Source: an uncultured Candidatus Saccharibacteria bacterium
Lineage (GTDB): Bacteria; Patescibacteriota; Minisyncoccia; Phycocordibacterales; UBA6899
Reading direction: 5' to 3'
DNA length: 64,000 nt
Assembly (NCBI GenBank): GCA_964515375.1
Contig: CAZERF010000006.1
Coordinates: 16,133 to 80,132 of the forward strand
In this document: in pieces, positions 40,788-49,958 of the stretch
Layout: every line of letters begins with the position of its first letter
Numbering within the stretch: the first letter of the stretch is position 1
Made by a program: the position numbers and the translations under genes
Notes under the pieces: model-generated
Told to the model about the DNA's origin: nothing
Databases searched by the model: none
Seen by the model: the letters and a program-made list of their open reading frames with translations, nothing else

Positions 40788-40790
40788 GGT

Positions 40791-42341
40791 CTATTTTTGT
40801 TTTTTCTCGGCACTAAGAATGACCTGATCGCCTTCGGAGAGACCTGAGGTGATCTCTACCATCCCTTGATCATTTTCAATCCCCACAGTCACTTCCCTTT
40901 TTACTACCTGACCATCGGCAAGTATCTGCACTATCTTTTTCTCATCATTACGCTGCACCGCACTCGCCGGCACAAAGATCGCATCTTCTGAAATGGCGGT
41001 GTTGATCCATACATTAGCAGTCATTCCCGATCGAACACGTTCATCCTCCTTGTCGAACAATATTGTTGTCTTGTAGTACACCGCGCCACCAATGAGAGTC
41101 TCCACCGGCTCAATAGCAACAACCTTTCCTCCAAACTCCTCCCCAATGATCGCGTCAAAAGTAATCCTCGCCTGCTGCCCAACACGCACATCCACGATCT
41201 TGTCTTCAACGACATTCAATTGTATTTGCAATGCACCGCCTGAGGCAAGAGACACAACAACAACATCAGCGCCAACCACCTCACCGACCTCACCACGGAC
41301 GTTCGTTATCATTGAGGACACTGGCGCGTAGATCAACAAATCCCTACGCTGCGCCTCAATCCTTTCAAGAGAAGCTTCTGCCTGTGTGATCTGCGCCTGA
41401 TATACGGCAATATCCGACAATCGAACCGGAGCGGTCTTTAAAGAAAACTGATTCTTTGCGATGTGGAGTGCCGATTCTTTCGCTTGAAGATTTTCTTCCG
41501 CAAGAAGGAGGTTTGAGATCGCCGTATCAACATTCGTTCGGGCTGTAGAAATATCGTTCTTCCACTTATCGATCGTCGCCTGGGTGATCTTGGAACTTGG
41601 AGTCAGTGAGTTCACGACCAATGCTATATTTGCAAGAAATTCCTTAACCTGCGCGGTATTCTTTTTCGCGAGTGAAATCGCAAAGACAAGATCGCTTTCC
41701 ATTGAACCCGACCCCAGATTTCTCTCCCACTCGACGAAAGACTCCTCAATAGCAGACCTCGCCTCCTCTACTTCTGCCTCAAGTTGCATATCGTACGGAA
41801 AGCTAAACAACAGCTGAGGGTCAGACGTCTTGGGATTATCAAACAACTGGTCGGATTTTGCCCGTACCGCATCATCAGATTTCGTATATGCACCATGCAA
41901 CCTATCGATCACCGTCTTCTTTGCATCAAGAAGCGACTGCTCGGCATTAAGGACCGCAGTCTCAGATATACTCACATCTTCCGGAGACGCACCACTTAAA
42001 AGCTGGTTTAATTTTGCTTTTTGGAGATCTATTCCCGCTTGCATCTCTTTGACCTGAGCATCGAGCTGAGTGGTATCCTGTTTGGCGAGGAGTTTTCCCG
42101 CGGAAACTTTTTCGCCCACTCGCGCATTCAGAAAAGTGATCCTACCGCTTCCCTTGAAACGCAGATCGATCTGTGTCGGTGATTCAACTTTTCCACTTGC
42201 GGAAACCTCCTGGGCAATATCTCCTCTTTTTGCGACTGCAAGAGTGTATGAAGGCGCATTAAAACGCTGCACAAGAAATACGCCGCCCGTGGCGATAAGG
42301 ACGAGGATCCCTGATGTGATAAATAAAGTTTTCTTGCTCAT
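40791..42341 (-). CDS. MacA-like adaptor with long helical hairpin
   Basis: RGDI...VSASG, IYAPVSS, RSGMTANV, VPASAV, EITSGL.EGD. Confidence 0.88.
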   Translation of the reverse strand: MSKKTLFITSGILVLIATGGVFLVQRFNAPSYTLAVAKRGDIAQEVSASGKVESPTQIDLRFKGSGRITFLNARVGEKVSAGKLLAKQDTTQLDAQVKEMQAGIDLQKAKLNQLLSGASPEDVSISETAVLNAEQSLLDAKKTVIDRLHGAYTKSDDAVRAKSDQLFDNPKTSDPQLLFSFPYDMQLEAEVEEARSAIEESFVEWERNLGSGSMESDLVFAISLAKKNTAQVKEFLANIALVVNSLTPSSKITQATIDKWKNDISTARTNVDTAISNLLLAEENLQAKESALHIAKNQFSLKTAPVRLSDIAVYQAQITQAEASLERIEAQRRDLLIYAPVSSMITNVRGEVGEVVGADVVVVSLASGGALQIQLNVVEDKIVDVRVGQQARITFDAIIGEEFGGKVVAIEPVETLIGGAVYYKTTILFDKEDERVRSGMTANVWINTAISEDAIFVPASAVQRNDEKKIVQILADGQVVKREVTVGIENDQGMVEITSGLSEGDQVILSAEKKQK

Positions 42342-42425
42342 ACGGTAAAAAAGAATAAAGAGTAAAAAGAGACCACTAGTTCATTCCGCTCGTTCATCAT
42401 AATATAAAATATCTTTACGGACAAG

Positions 42426-42444
42426 TTACTTTATGATAAAGTAA
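42426..42444. promoter_or_regulatory. Probable MarR operator
   Basis: Perfect TTACTTTAT-G-ATAAAGTAA inverted repeat between divergent marR and efflux operon. Confidence 0.7.
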
Positions 42445-42450
42445 TCTCAA

Positions 42451-42906
42451 ATGAAACGTGAAGAAGCAACAGAAAAGCTCACCACCTCGATACACAAGGA
42501 AGCTCGAGCTGCGGGGCTTTTTGTGCACACCATATCCGAAATCACTGGAATACATTCCACCGACATCCGCTGTTTGGAATTTTTAAGTGACACACACACC
42601 GCAACCGCCGGCGAACTCGGCAAGGCGACCGGACTCACCACCGGAGCAGTCACCGCAATGATCGACAGACTTGAAAAGGGAGGATTCGTTCGACGCGAGA
42701 CAGACAGCAATGATCGGAGGAAGATCATCATTAGACTCCTGGGAATCCCCGACAAACTCAAATCGGTAAAAGAAATGTTCTCAACACAAATACCTGATAT
42801 TCTTGCTGAGTACAGCACAGCAGAACTCCGGCTGATCACGGACTGGAACACAAAAATGGCCGCCGTATTTCACGAAAAGATAACCAAACTCAAAACAAAA
42901 AAATAA
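42451..42906 (+). CDS. MarR-family regulator
   Basis: TAGELGKATGLTTGAVTAMIDRLEKGGFVRR..D.NDRR. Confidence 0.92.
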   Translation: MKREEATEKLTTSIHKEARAAGLFVHTISEITGIHSTDIRCLEFLSDTHTATAGELGKATGLTTGAVTAMIDRLEKGGFVRRETDSNDRRKIIIRLLGIPDKLKSVKEMFSTQIPDILAEYSTAELRLITDWNTKMAAVFHEKITKLKTKK

Positions 42907-42916
42907 TATTCGCGGG

Positions 42917-42960
42917 GCAACAAAAAGACCACACATTGAAATGAGTGGTCTTTTTGTTGC
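42917..42960. terminator. Bidirectional terminator
   Basis: GCAACAAAAAGACCAC...GTGGTCTTTTTGTTGC. Confidence 0.7.
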
Positions 42961-43020
42961 TTTTTAAACACGAGCAACCGCATAGCAAAATTCTCCTTAC
43001 GGAGAATTTTGAGCGGTTTG

Positions 43021-43091
43021 CTGCGGGACTAGGATTCGAACCTAGATGACAACATCCAGAGTGTTGCATCCTACCATTAGATGATCCCGCA
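43021..43091 (-). tRNA. tRNA-Gln(CTG), CCA not encoded
   Basis: TGCGGGA/TCCCGCA acceptor, CAACA-CTCTGGA-TGTTG anticodon arm, TTCGAAT T-loop. Confidence 0.95.
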
Positions 43092-43195
43092 ATAGTTCTA
43101 AAAACACTGCCCTATCGGACAGTGTTTCTATCATACGCAATTGGGGGATTTTTTCAACCCTCACAACAAGGACACCTCATCGACCCGAGAGGGCG

Positions 43196-43630
43196 CTATT
43201 CCTTATCCTTATTATGCGCAAAGCCAAGTCCCGCGGAAACAAAGGTGAGCATAAAGAAGACAAGACCGAGAAAACAGGTCGGCACACCGAACGTATAGGC
43301 GGAGAATCCTTTCTCGAGGAGCGCGGGGACTTCGATCGCGGTCAGGTATCCGGAAAAGAGGATACCGAGCAAGGCGACACCGGAGAGTGCGACAAAGGAC
43401 GAAGGGAGCGTCAAGCGCTTTTGCCATGCAAGGACCGCAAGTGCAAGAAGTGTCGCGTACAAGAGAAATCCGTACACACACGCGGGTTGACCCCAGATGA
43501 TCGGACATTCTTCATTGAAGGCACATGCGCCGGAAAAGAGTTTGACCGCGGAGAGGTATCCCGAAAAGAGGAAGCCCGCGACTGAAAAACCGAGGACAAA
43601 ACGAAGTGCGAGTGAGCGTTGTTCTTTCAT
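43196..43630 (-). CDS. VKOR-like four-TM membrane protein
   Basis: LFSGYLS..C-x5-C..GQPACVYG / LFSGYLT..GVPTC; no CxxC. Confidence 0.6.
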   Translation of the reverse strand: MKEQRSLALRFVLGFSVAGFLFSGYLSAVKLFSGACAFNEECPIIWGQPACVYGFLLYATLLALAVLAWQKRLTLPSSFVALSGVALLGILFSGYLTAIEVPALLEKGFSAYTFGVPTCFLGLVFFMLTFVSAGLGFAHNKDKE

Positions 43631-43768
43631 ATGCACGCATTATACCGCACATGACGGAGGAGACTCAACGTGAAACGTCTCCGCGCGAGACATTGACACT
43701 CAACATATTCATGATATAAGAAAATTTGAGCAACACGGTACCTTAAAGACAACCATTGGAGGAATCAT

Positions 43769-44611
43769 ATGTTTGTTAACCTCGAGGGACTCAAGTTGGG
43801 TCCTCATGTCGAAGAAAATGCACGAATAGTCTTACGGATCATCACGGAGGAATGCGGCGAACAACGAACGAATCTGACCATCGATGTCGGGATAAATGAC
43901 GCCCTCCGAGAAGCGCTCCGGTATCTTCAGGATCATGGAGAGATCGCCGTCATCGGCTGGGAGAACATGCCGATCAAGTATCCTTCGCACTGTGTCGACG
44001 TCACAATACCCTCAATAACGCACGGTGTGCGTGATGAAACAGATGCGGAGCGATTTCCCCATTATGTCTATGCCTTCGTCGATTTCCCCAATATCAATGA
44101 ACAACCGAACGGTCTTTTGACCGCGCAATTCGACTGGGAACTCCTCGCTGCACTCATCAAAGAGGCGGCGGGGGTACACGATGCGATCGAAATGCATCTG
44201 TATTTTCACCACAACGATCTGGTGCCCAAAAAAGAGGGTTGGGCGCAAGAGGTGCTTGGCCCCTCGCGCAATGCGGGATTTTTGACCCACGTCGCGCACA
44301 AATGGTCAAAGGACACCGATTCGCACATGATCGTCGACATGATGGATATGGACCTGACGCACATTCCGAAAGGAAGTCGAGTCACGTACGTCCTCGTCTC
44401 CGGCGATCGTGACTTCGCCCCGGCACTCTTACGCAAGAAAAAACGTGCGCAGGACAGAGGGCTTTCTTTCGACATCACGATCATGTCGCTACGCGAGAGG
44501 ATCTCGAACGTCTTTCCCCATAGCACCCAGGCGACCTTTGTCCCACTTGATGATGCGGACCTCTTCAAACGCGGGATGACGCGAAATGAAAGCGCCCCCG
44601 CAGATACATGA
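43769..44611 (+). CDS. NYN/LabA (PIN-like) domain protein with N-terminal extension
   Basis: FVDFPNI, KDTDSHMIVD, LVSGDRDFAPAL; own TTGACA promoter and GGAGG SD. Confidence 0.8.
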   Translation: MFVNLEGLKLGPHVEENARIVLRIITEECGEQRTNLTIDVGINDALREALRYLQDHGEIAVIGWENMPIKYPSHCVDVTIPSITHGVRDETDAERFPHYVYAFVDFPNINEQPNGLLTAQFDWELLAALIKEAAGVHDAIEMHLYFHHNDLVPKKEGWAQEVLGPSRNAGFLTHVAHKWSKDTDSHMIVDMMDMDLTHIPKGSRVTYVLVSGDRDFAPALLRKKKRAQDRGLSFDITIMSLRERISNVFPHSTQATFVPLDDADLFKRGMTRNESAPADT

Positions 44612-44618
44612 AACACCA

Positions 44619-44648
44619 CACCACCGGAAACCCCGGTGGTGCTTTTTT
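44619..44648 (+). terminator. Intrinsic terminator
   Basis: CACCACCGG...CCGGTGGTG followed by U-tract. Confidence 0.75.
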
Positions 44649-44667
44649 GTATCACAAAAAACAGAGA

Positions 44668-46314
44668 TCACTTCTTCTTGCTCGCGGCTTTGACGAAGGC
44701 GTCGAAGAGCGGGTGGGAAGTGAGCGGACGCGCGGTGAACTCGGGATGGAATTGCGTACCAAGGAAGAAGGGGTGTTCCTTCTTGGGCAACTCGGCGATC
44801 TCCATCAAGGTGCCGTCAGGAGAAGTGCCCGAGAAGACGAGTCCCGCTTTTGTGATATCGGCAATAAATTCCGGATTCACCTCAAAGCGATGCCGGTGGC
44901 GTTCGGAAATTTCTTTTGCGCCATACGCGGTCGCGGCAATACTTCCCTCTTTGAGCTTTGCGGGATACGCACCGAGTCGCATACTCCCTCCAAAATTTCC
45001 CTTGGCGAGGAGTTCTTTTTGTTCAGGCATGATATCGACGACGGGATGCGCCGTTGTGCGGTCGATCTCGGTCGTGTTTGCGTCCTTCCATCCCAACACA
45101 TTGCGGGCGTATTCGACGACCATGAGTTGCATGCCGTAGCATAACCCGAAATACGGGATCTTGTGTTCGCGCGCGTGACGAATGACGGCGAGCTTGCCTT
45201 CGATCCCGCGTGAGCCGAATCCTCCCGGCACAATGATACCGTCATAGGACTCGAGGTCTTTCAAGTGTTCCGCCGCATTCTTTCCTTCGAAGTCGTCCGA
45301 GGCAAGCCAGTCGATCTCCGGTTTGCGCCCCGCCTTGTACGCGGCATACTTGAGCGCTTCGATAACGGAGAGATACGAATCTGAGAGCACGAAATCTCCC
45401 GAGGCAAAATATTTGCCGATAATGCCGATGCGCAAAGATTTGGTCGAACGGTGCACGCGCGCAGTGAGCGCCTTCCATGCCGCGAGTTCGGGGGTGTGAC
45501 GCACGCGCATGCGGAGTTGTCGCACCAAGAGATCTCCCAGGCGATCCTTCTCAAAATTGAGCGGAATATCGTAGATGCTCTCCGCGTCGGGAGCCGAGAT
45601 GACATGCTCCACGGGGACGCTACACGCGAGCGAGAGCTTCTCCTTGCGCTTCGCGTCGAGCGGATGGTCGGAGCGGGCGATGATGTAGTCGGCCTGAAGT
45701 CCTGTGCCGTTTAATGTGCGCGAGGCATACTGTGTGGGCTTCGTCTTCATCTCCCCTACCTTGCTCGGGACAGGAAGATAGGACACGAGGATGATCGCCA
45801 CATCTTCGGGATGGCGGAGCTTCAACATGCGGGCCGCTTCCAAAAAGAGAAGGTTCTGATACTCTCCGATCGTCCCGCCGATCTCGATGATACTCACATC
45901 AGCGCGCAACTCTTTTGCGGCGAGATTGATGCGCTCGATCACCTCAAGCGGAATGTGTGGGACGACTTCGACACACTTTCCTCCGTATTCAAGGTTGCGC
46001 TCGCGTGCGATAACGTGCTGATAGACAGACCCGGTGGTCATATAGTTCGTGCGGGAAAGATCGATGTTCAAGAAGCGCTCGTAGTTACCCATATCCTGGT
46101 CCGTCTCGTAACCGTCGTTTAATACAAAGACCTCGCCGTGTTCGGTCGGGTTCATTGTTCCCGCGTCGACGTTGATGTACGGATCGATCTTGGTCGGCGA
46201 CACGACAAATCCGCGTGACTGCAAGAGAAGTCCGATCGAAGACGCCGCGACGCCCTTCCCAACCCCACTCATCACTCCACCTACTACAAAAATATACTTA
46301 TGCGCTTTTGCCAT
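44668..46314 (-). CDS. pyrG: CTP synthase
   Basis: GGVMSGVGKG, DPYINVDAGTM, GLCYGMQ, QFHPE. Confidence 0.97.
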   Translation of the reverse strand: MAKAHKYIFVVGGVMSGVGKGVAASSIGLLLQSRGFVVSPTKIDPYINVDAGTMNPTEHGEVFVLNDGYETDQDMGNYERFLNIDLSRTNYMTTGSVYQHVIARERNLEYGGKCVEVVPHIPLEVIERINLAAKELRADVSIIEIGGTIGEYQNLLFLEAARMLKLRHPEDVAIILVSYLPVPSKVGEMKTKPTQYASRTLNGTGLQADYIIARSDHPLDAKRKEKLSLACSVPVEHVISAPDAESIYDIPLNFEKDRLGDLLVRQLRMRVRHTPELAAWKALTARVHRSTKSLRIGIIGKYFASGDFVLSDSYLSVIEALKYAAYKAGRKPEIDWLASDDFEGKNAAEHLKDLESYDGIIVPGGFGSRGIEGKLAVIRHAREHKIPYFGLCYGMQLMVVEYARNVLGWKDANTTEIDRTTAHPVVDIMPEQKELLAKGNFGGSMRLGAYPAKLKEGSIAATAYGAKEISERHRHRFEVNPEFIADITKAGLVFSGTSPDGTLMEIAELPKKEHPFFLGTQFHPEFTARPLTSHPLFDAFVKAASKKK

Positions 46315-46347
46315 AACAGAAGAGAAGCGGGGACTTCCCCGCTTCGG

Positions 46348-47277
46348 TTAGATCTTTAAATAACGACGGACCGCCAGATAACTCGAGATGGCGCCGAGCG
46401 CGACACCGGTCCCGAGCATGACCAAGAATATCTGGTTAAGATTGGCGATGTAGTAGTAGAAGAGATCGAGTCCGTCATAAAAATTCTCGGTTGAGCTCTT
46501 GAGCCAGAGCGTGGCCGGATAAAAAAGCGCGGTAGCGACAATCGCGGAGACCATGCCGTACATGACCCCTTCAACAATGAAAGGTCCGCGCACAAAGGTG
46601 TTGTTCGCGCCGACTAGTCGCATGACGGCGATCTCTTCGCGAGAGATGTAGATTGCGAGGCGGATCGTGTTGAATGTGATCACGATCGCAATACCGATCA
46701 AAAGCAAGAGAATAGCGACAGAAAGTTTGTTGATCCCGGAGGTGATCGCGGTCAACTTGTCGATGACAATCTTATTCTTGGCGTAGTTGACGCTGTAAAC
46801 GATATCGGTGCCCGGCTCGGCGGCATTCTGCTCCTTCGTGATGTGTGCCGCGATCGCATCGTATTGAGCAGTGTCCTTCGCTTTGACATTCAAGATCGCT
46901 CCGAGGGGATTCTCGGCGAGCTCTTCGAGTGCCTGGGTCATGAGGTAGTCGTTGGAGTGACGCTCCTTGAAATTCTCGATCGCCTGATCGCGCGAAATGT
47001 ATTCCACGGACGCAACCTCGGGAAGCGATTCGAGCTCGCGTTTCATGACAAAGATATCTTCTTCGGCCGCGTCAGAGTTGAGGTAAATGTTCACATCAAC
47101 CTTGTCTTTGATGGTGTTGAGCGCGTCCTCAAGAAAGACGGAGGTCAGCATCGTGGATCCGACGACGAACAGAGCGACGGTCATAACAAAGATCGCGGAA
47201 AGCGAAACGAGCGCGTTGCGCCAAAAGTTGACGAACCCCGCCTTCACGATCCTCTTCGTGTTGGTGAAAACTGACAT
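46348..47277 (-). CDS. ftsX: Cell-division permease FtsX
   Basis: NFWRN, ENPL, FNTIRLAIY.SREEIAVMRLVGA, GPFIVEG. Confidence 0.93.
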   Translation of the reverse strand: MSVFTNTKRIVKAGFVNFWRNALVSLSAIFVMTVALFVVGSTMLTSVFLEDALNTIKDKVDVNIYLNSDAAEEDIFVMKRELESLPEVASVEYISRDQAIENFKERHSNDYLMTQALEELAENPLGAILNVKAKDTAQYDAIAAHITKEQNAAEPGTDIVYSVNYAKNKIVIDKLTAITSGINKLSVAILLLLIGIAIVITFNTIRLAIYISREEIAVMRLVGANNTFVRGPFIVEGVMYGMVSAIVATALFYPATLWLKSSTENFYDGLDLFYYYIANLNQIFLVMLGTGVALGAISSYLAVRRYLKI

Positions 47278-47325
47278 TGCACCTATTTTCGCATGAATGC
47301 ACGATGCTCGCAACGTGGAAATATT

Positions 47326-48183
47326 CTATCCCTTCATTGCGCCGTTTTTAATGAATGTTCCCTCGTCGAGTTCACGGAACGCCTGCGCAAGTTCTCCCTG
47401 CGTATTCATGACAATGGGCCCTCCCCATGCGATCGGCTCGCGCAGTGGCGGAGCGAAGAGGAGAATAAAGCGCGCGCCGGACTCCCCCGCGCGTACAAGT
47501 ACCGCGTCGCCGTCACCAAAGAGAACCGCGTGTTTCTCTTTGACCGAATCCTCGTGTGCACCGATATGTCCTTCGCCCGAAAAGAGATATGCGAAGGCGG
47601 TCAGCCCCGACGCGACAGGAGTCTGAAAGGTCGAACCCGAAACAAGATCAACATCGAGATATGTCGCGGGAACATATGCCCCGGTGAATGCACCACTGAC
47701 CCCTTCGTACTCCCCTGCAATGACCTTGACGCGCACACCCGCCCTCGTGACCGTCGGAATATCCTCGTGACGAATGTCACCATAGGCGGGAGTTGTCATC
47801 TTGTCTTTTGCGGGCAAATTGAGCCAGATCTGTGCGCCGAGCATACGCGCCGACGCGACGGGCATTTCTTGATGAATGATCCCTGATCCGGCGGTCATCC
47901 ACTGACAATCGCCGTTCTTGATGCTTCCCTTGTTTCCCAAACTATCGCCATGCTCGATATCACCCTCGATGAGGTACGTGATCGTCTCGATCCCACGGTG
48001 CGGATGCCACGGAAATCCGAGCACATAATCATCGGGGTTGACGGAATCGAACGCATCGAGCATGAGAAAGGGATCGAGGTCGCGGATGTCGGCATGCCCG
48101 ATGACACGGGTCAAATGCACCCCCGCGCCGTCGACGGCGGGCGTTCCCCGCAAGATCTTTTTGATCGGACGAAAAGTAGTCAT
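47326..48183 (-). CDS. Pirin family protein
   Basis: DPFLMLD, FPWHPHRGIETITY, WMTAGSGIIHQE, GPIVMNT. Confidence 0.93.
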   Translation of the reverse strand: MTTFRPIKKILRGTPAVDGAGVHLTRVIGHADIRDLDPFLMLDAFDSVNPDDYVLGFPWHPHRGIETITYLIEGDIEHGDSLGNKGSIKNGDCQWMTAGSGIIHQEMPVASARMLGAQIWLNLPAKDKMTTPAYGDIRHEDIPTVTRAGVRVKVIAGEYEGVSGAFTGAYVPATYLDVDLVSGSTFQTPVASGLTAFAYLFSGEGHIGAHEDSVKEKHAVLFGDGDAVLVRAGESGARFILLFAPPLREPIAWGGPIVMNTQGELAQAFRELDEGTFIKNGAMKG

Positions 48184-48272
48184 AAGGCAAAGATGAAGAG
48201 GATAATGGATGTTCATTATATCGCAATCCTGAGCGCTTGCCTCGCCAATGTGATGCGGTATAGTAAGGTCAT

Positions 48273-48896
48273 ATGAAGATCAACTATTCCGGCGAATCAT
48301 CGCGAGCAGAGTACGAAGAGACCGAGGCGAAGCGTGACAGCGCCCTTGCAGAGGTCAAAACACTTCGCGAAGAGCGAGACGGCATCGAGGAAGAGCACCG
48401 TGAACTACGCGAAGAATTCGCAAGCGAAGAACCGGGCACCCCTTACCCGCTTGGAGAAGAGGAAGCTGAAGCATTCTCCCGCGTCGACGAACAGCTCACT
48501 CCGGCAGAAAACGCACTCCGTGAATCGGAAGAACGACTTAAGCGCCTCTACAACAAGGCATACGACGAAGCAAAGGCCGACAATATGAAGTGGGACCAAG
48601 CCGCGATCGCCGAGGCGGATCGGATCACGATCGAAAAAGAATTACTCCCCAAGATCAAGGAAGAATGCGCAACCATTCACACGCAATGGGAAGAAGTCGA
48701 GCATCGCGGACATTGGCTTGTAGAGCGCGCGGACGCGATCGAAAAAGAGATCGAGGAGATCCTCAAAAAGAACTTCCGAATGGAAGAAACAAAACGCATT
48801 GTCGAATTGATCAAAGAGTTCTGGGAAGTTCGAGAGGAGATCGCCAAGATACACCAACGTGCGCTCGGGTGGAATATTCGCGAAAAGAAGGACTGA
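48273..48896 (+). CDS. Hypothetical Glu-rich coiled-coil protein
   Basis: 207 aa ORF; TATAGT 8 nt before ATG; terminator 48914..48953. Confidence 0.7.
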   Translation: MKINYSGESSRAEYEETEAKRDSALAEVKTLREERDGIEEEHRELREEFASEEPGTPYPLGEEEAEAFSRVDEQLTPAENALRESEERLKRLYNKAYDEAKADNMKWDQAAIAEADRITIEKELLPKIKEECATIHTQWEEVEHRGHWLVERADAIEKEIEEILKKNFRMEETKRIVELIKEFWEVREEIAKIHQRALGWNIREKKD

Positions 48897-48985
48897 ACCC
48901 ATCCTCTATGCATCCATGCCACAAAGCCCCGTATGGGGCTTTGTGGTTCATGGAGTACGCACGCATACCGAACACCCGCGTGAGC

Positions 48986-49014
48986 TTGACTTATGTGTAA
49001 TTTTGTGATAGTAT
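48986..49014 (+). promoter_or_regulatory. Sigma70 promoter
   Basis: TTGACT-17 bp-TAGTAT with extended TG. Confidence 0.7.
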
Positions 49015-49130
49015 GAAAACACCGCTGTCGTAGTGGCAGAGGAAAGCCCTTTTCAACATCCATCTCAGCCGAGCCGTATTGTGGCAAATCCACAAGCGGA
49101 CAACCTCGGCGAGGAAATAGGAGAAACATC

Positions 49131-49721
49131 ATGTCGCAAACTCTTCTTTCCGTCTTCGTGTCGATCAAAGACAAAGAATGCCATCCGAGGATGGGCACTA
49201 CGAATCTCTACTGGAAGGAATTTCCGGTATACAAAATGGAGGAAGGGTGGCGTGTTCACTTGGCAACGGAGTGGGAGAGTGTTGAATTCATCCAACTCCA
49301 CTCCGACATCGTCGAACGTTTGGCACACATCAATGGTAGCGCAACCCTTTGCCCCGCAAGCTACAGAAGTGAGGGTATCTACGAACTGCGCACCGCGCGA
49401 GTGGTGGTATTCAAGAATAATTCGCTGTGGCAAAACGTCGACATTACAGCGAAAAACATCGATGACCTGAAGGAACTCGTGGTCGCGATCCGCAACGGAA
49501 TGCCGCCCACGTACCCACTGAGTCGCCCCCAGAACGCCCCCTCCTACGAGCAGCTGCTTGCACAGACGAGGAACATGTCGGGGGCTCTCAACAGACTCAC
49601 CGAAGAGGCGGAGACAGCACTCAGGGTACTCAATGCCGCTCAGGAGATGATCCTGCAACAAGGCGAGGAGATCGCCGAACTCCGCAAGCTGGTCGCCAAG
49701 GCCAGCCAGAAAACGGCATGA
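49131..49721 (+). CDS. Hypothetical protein with C-terminal coiled coil
   Basis: AGGAG SD, own promoter, terminator 49744..49774. Confidence 0.7.
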   Translation: MSQTLLSVFVSIKDKECHPRMGTTNLYWKEFPVYKMEEGWRVHLATEWESVEFIQLHSDIVERLAHINGSATLCPASYRSEGIYELRTARVVVFKNNSLWQNVDITAKNIDDLKELVVAIRNGMPPTYPLSRPQNAPSYEQLLAQTRNMSGALNRLTEEAETALRVLNAAQEMILQQGEEIAELRKLVAKASQKTA

Positions 49722-49831
49722 TCGCTCTCACGTAGAGCAACACGAGCCCAACACACGTTGGGCTCTTTCTTTTTGTATTTGCAAAAAACCGTGAGGCACA
49801 CGGTGAAGACTTGAACCGAAGCGGTATTCCC

Positions 49832-49958
49832 ATCCTCTCAATATTTTCGAAGTAATGCGATGTGCTGGACAGAGGCAGTATCGTGGAGACGTGGGTCTTC
49901 TACGTCGACTCGATCTGCCGAAGGAAGCACAAGCAGGACTCGAAAATATTCAGAGGAT
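49832..49958. repeat. 127-nt irregular hairpin closed by a 19-bp inverted repeat
   Basis: ATCCTCTCAATATTTTCGA (49832..49850) vs TCGAAAATATTCAGAGGAT (49940..49958), one mismatch; nested inner stems. Confidence 0.75.

Noticed and set aside
49920-49929. SRP (4.5S) RNA because of GAAGGAAGCA
   Set aside because: The required upstream CAGG-NCC half and apical GNRA tetraloop are missing; the match sits in an internal loop.
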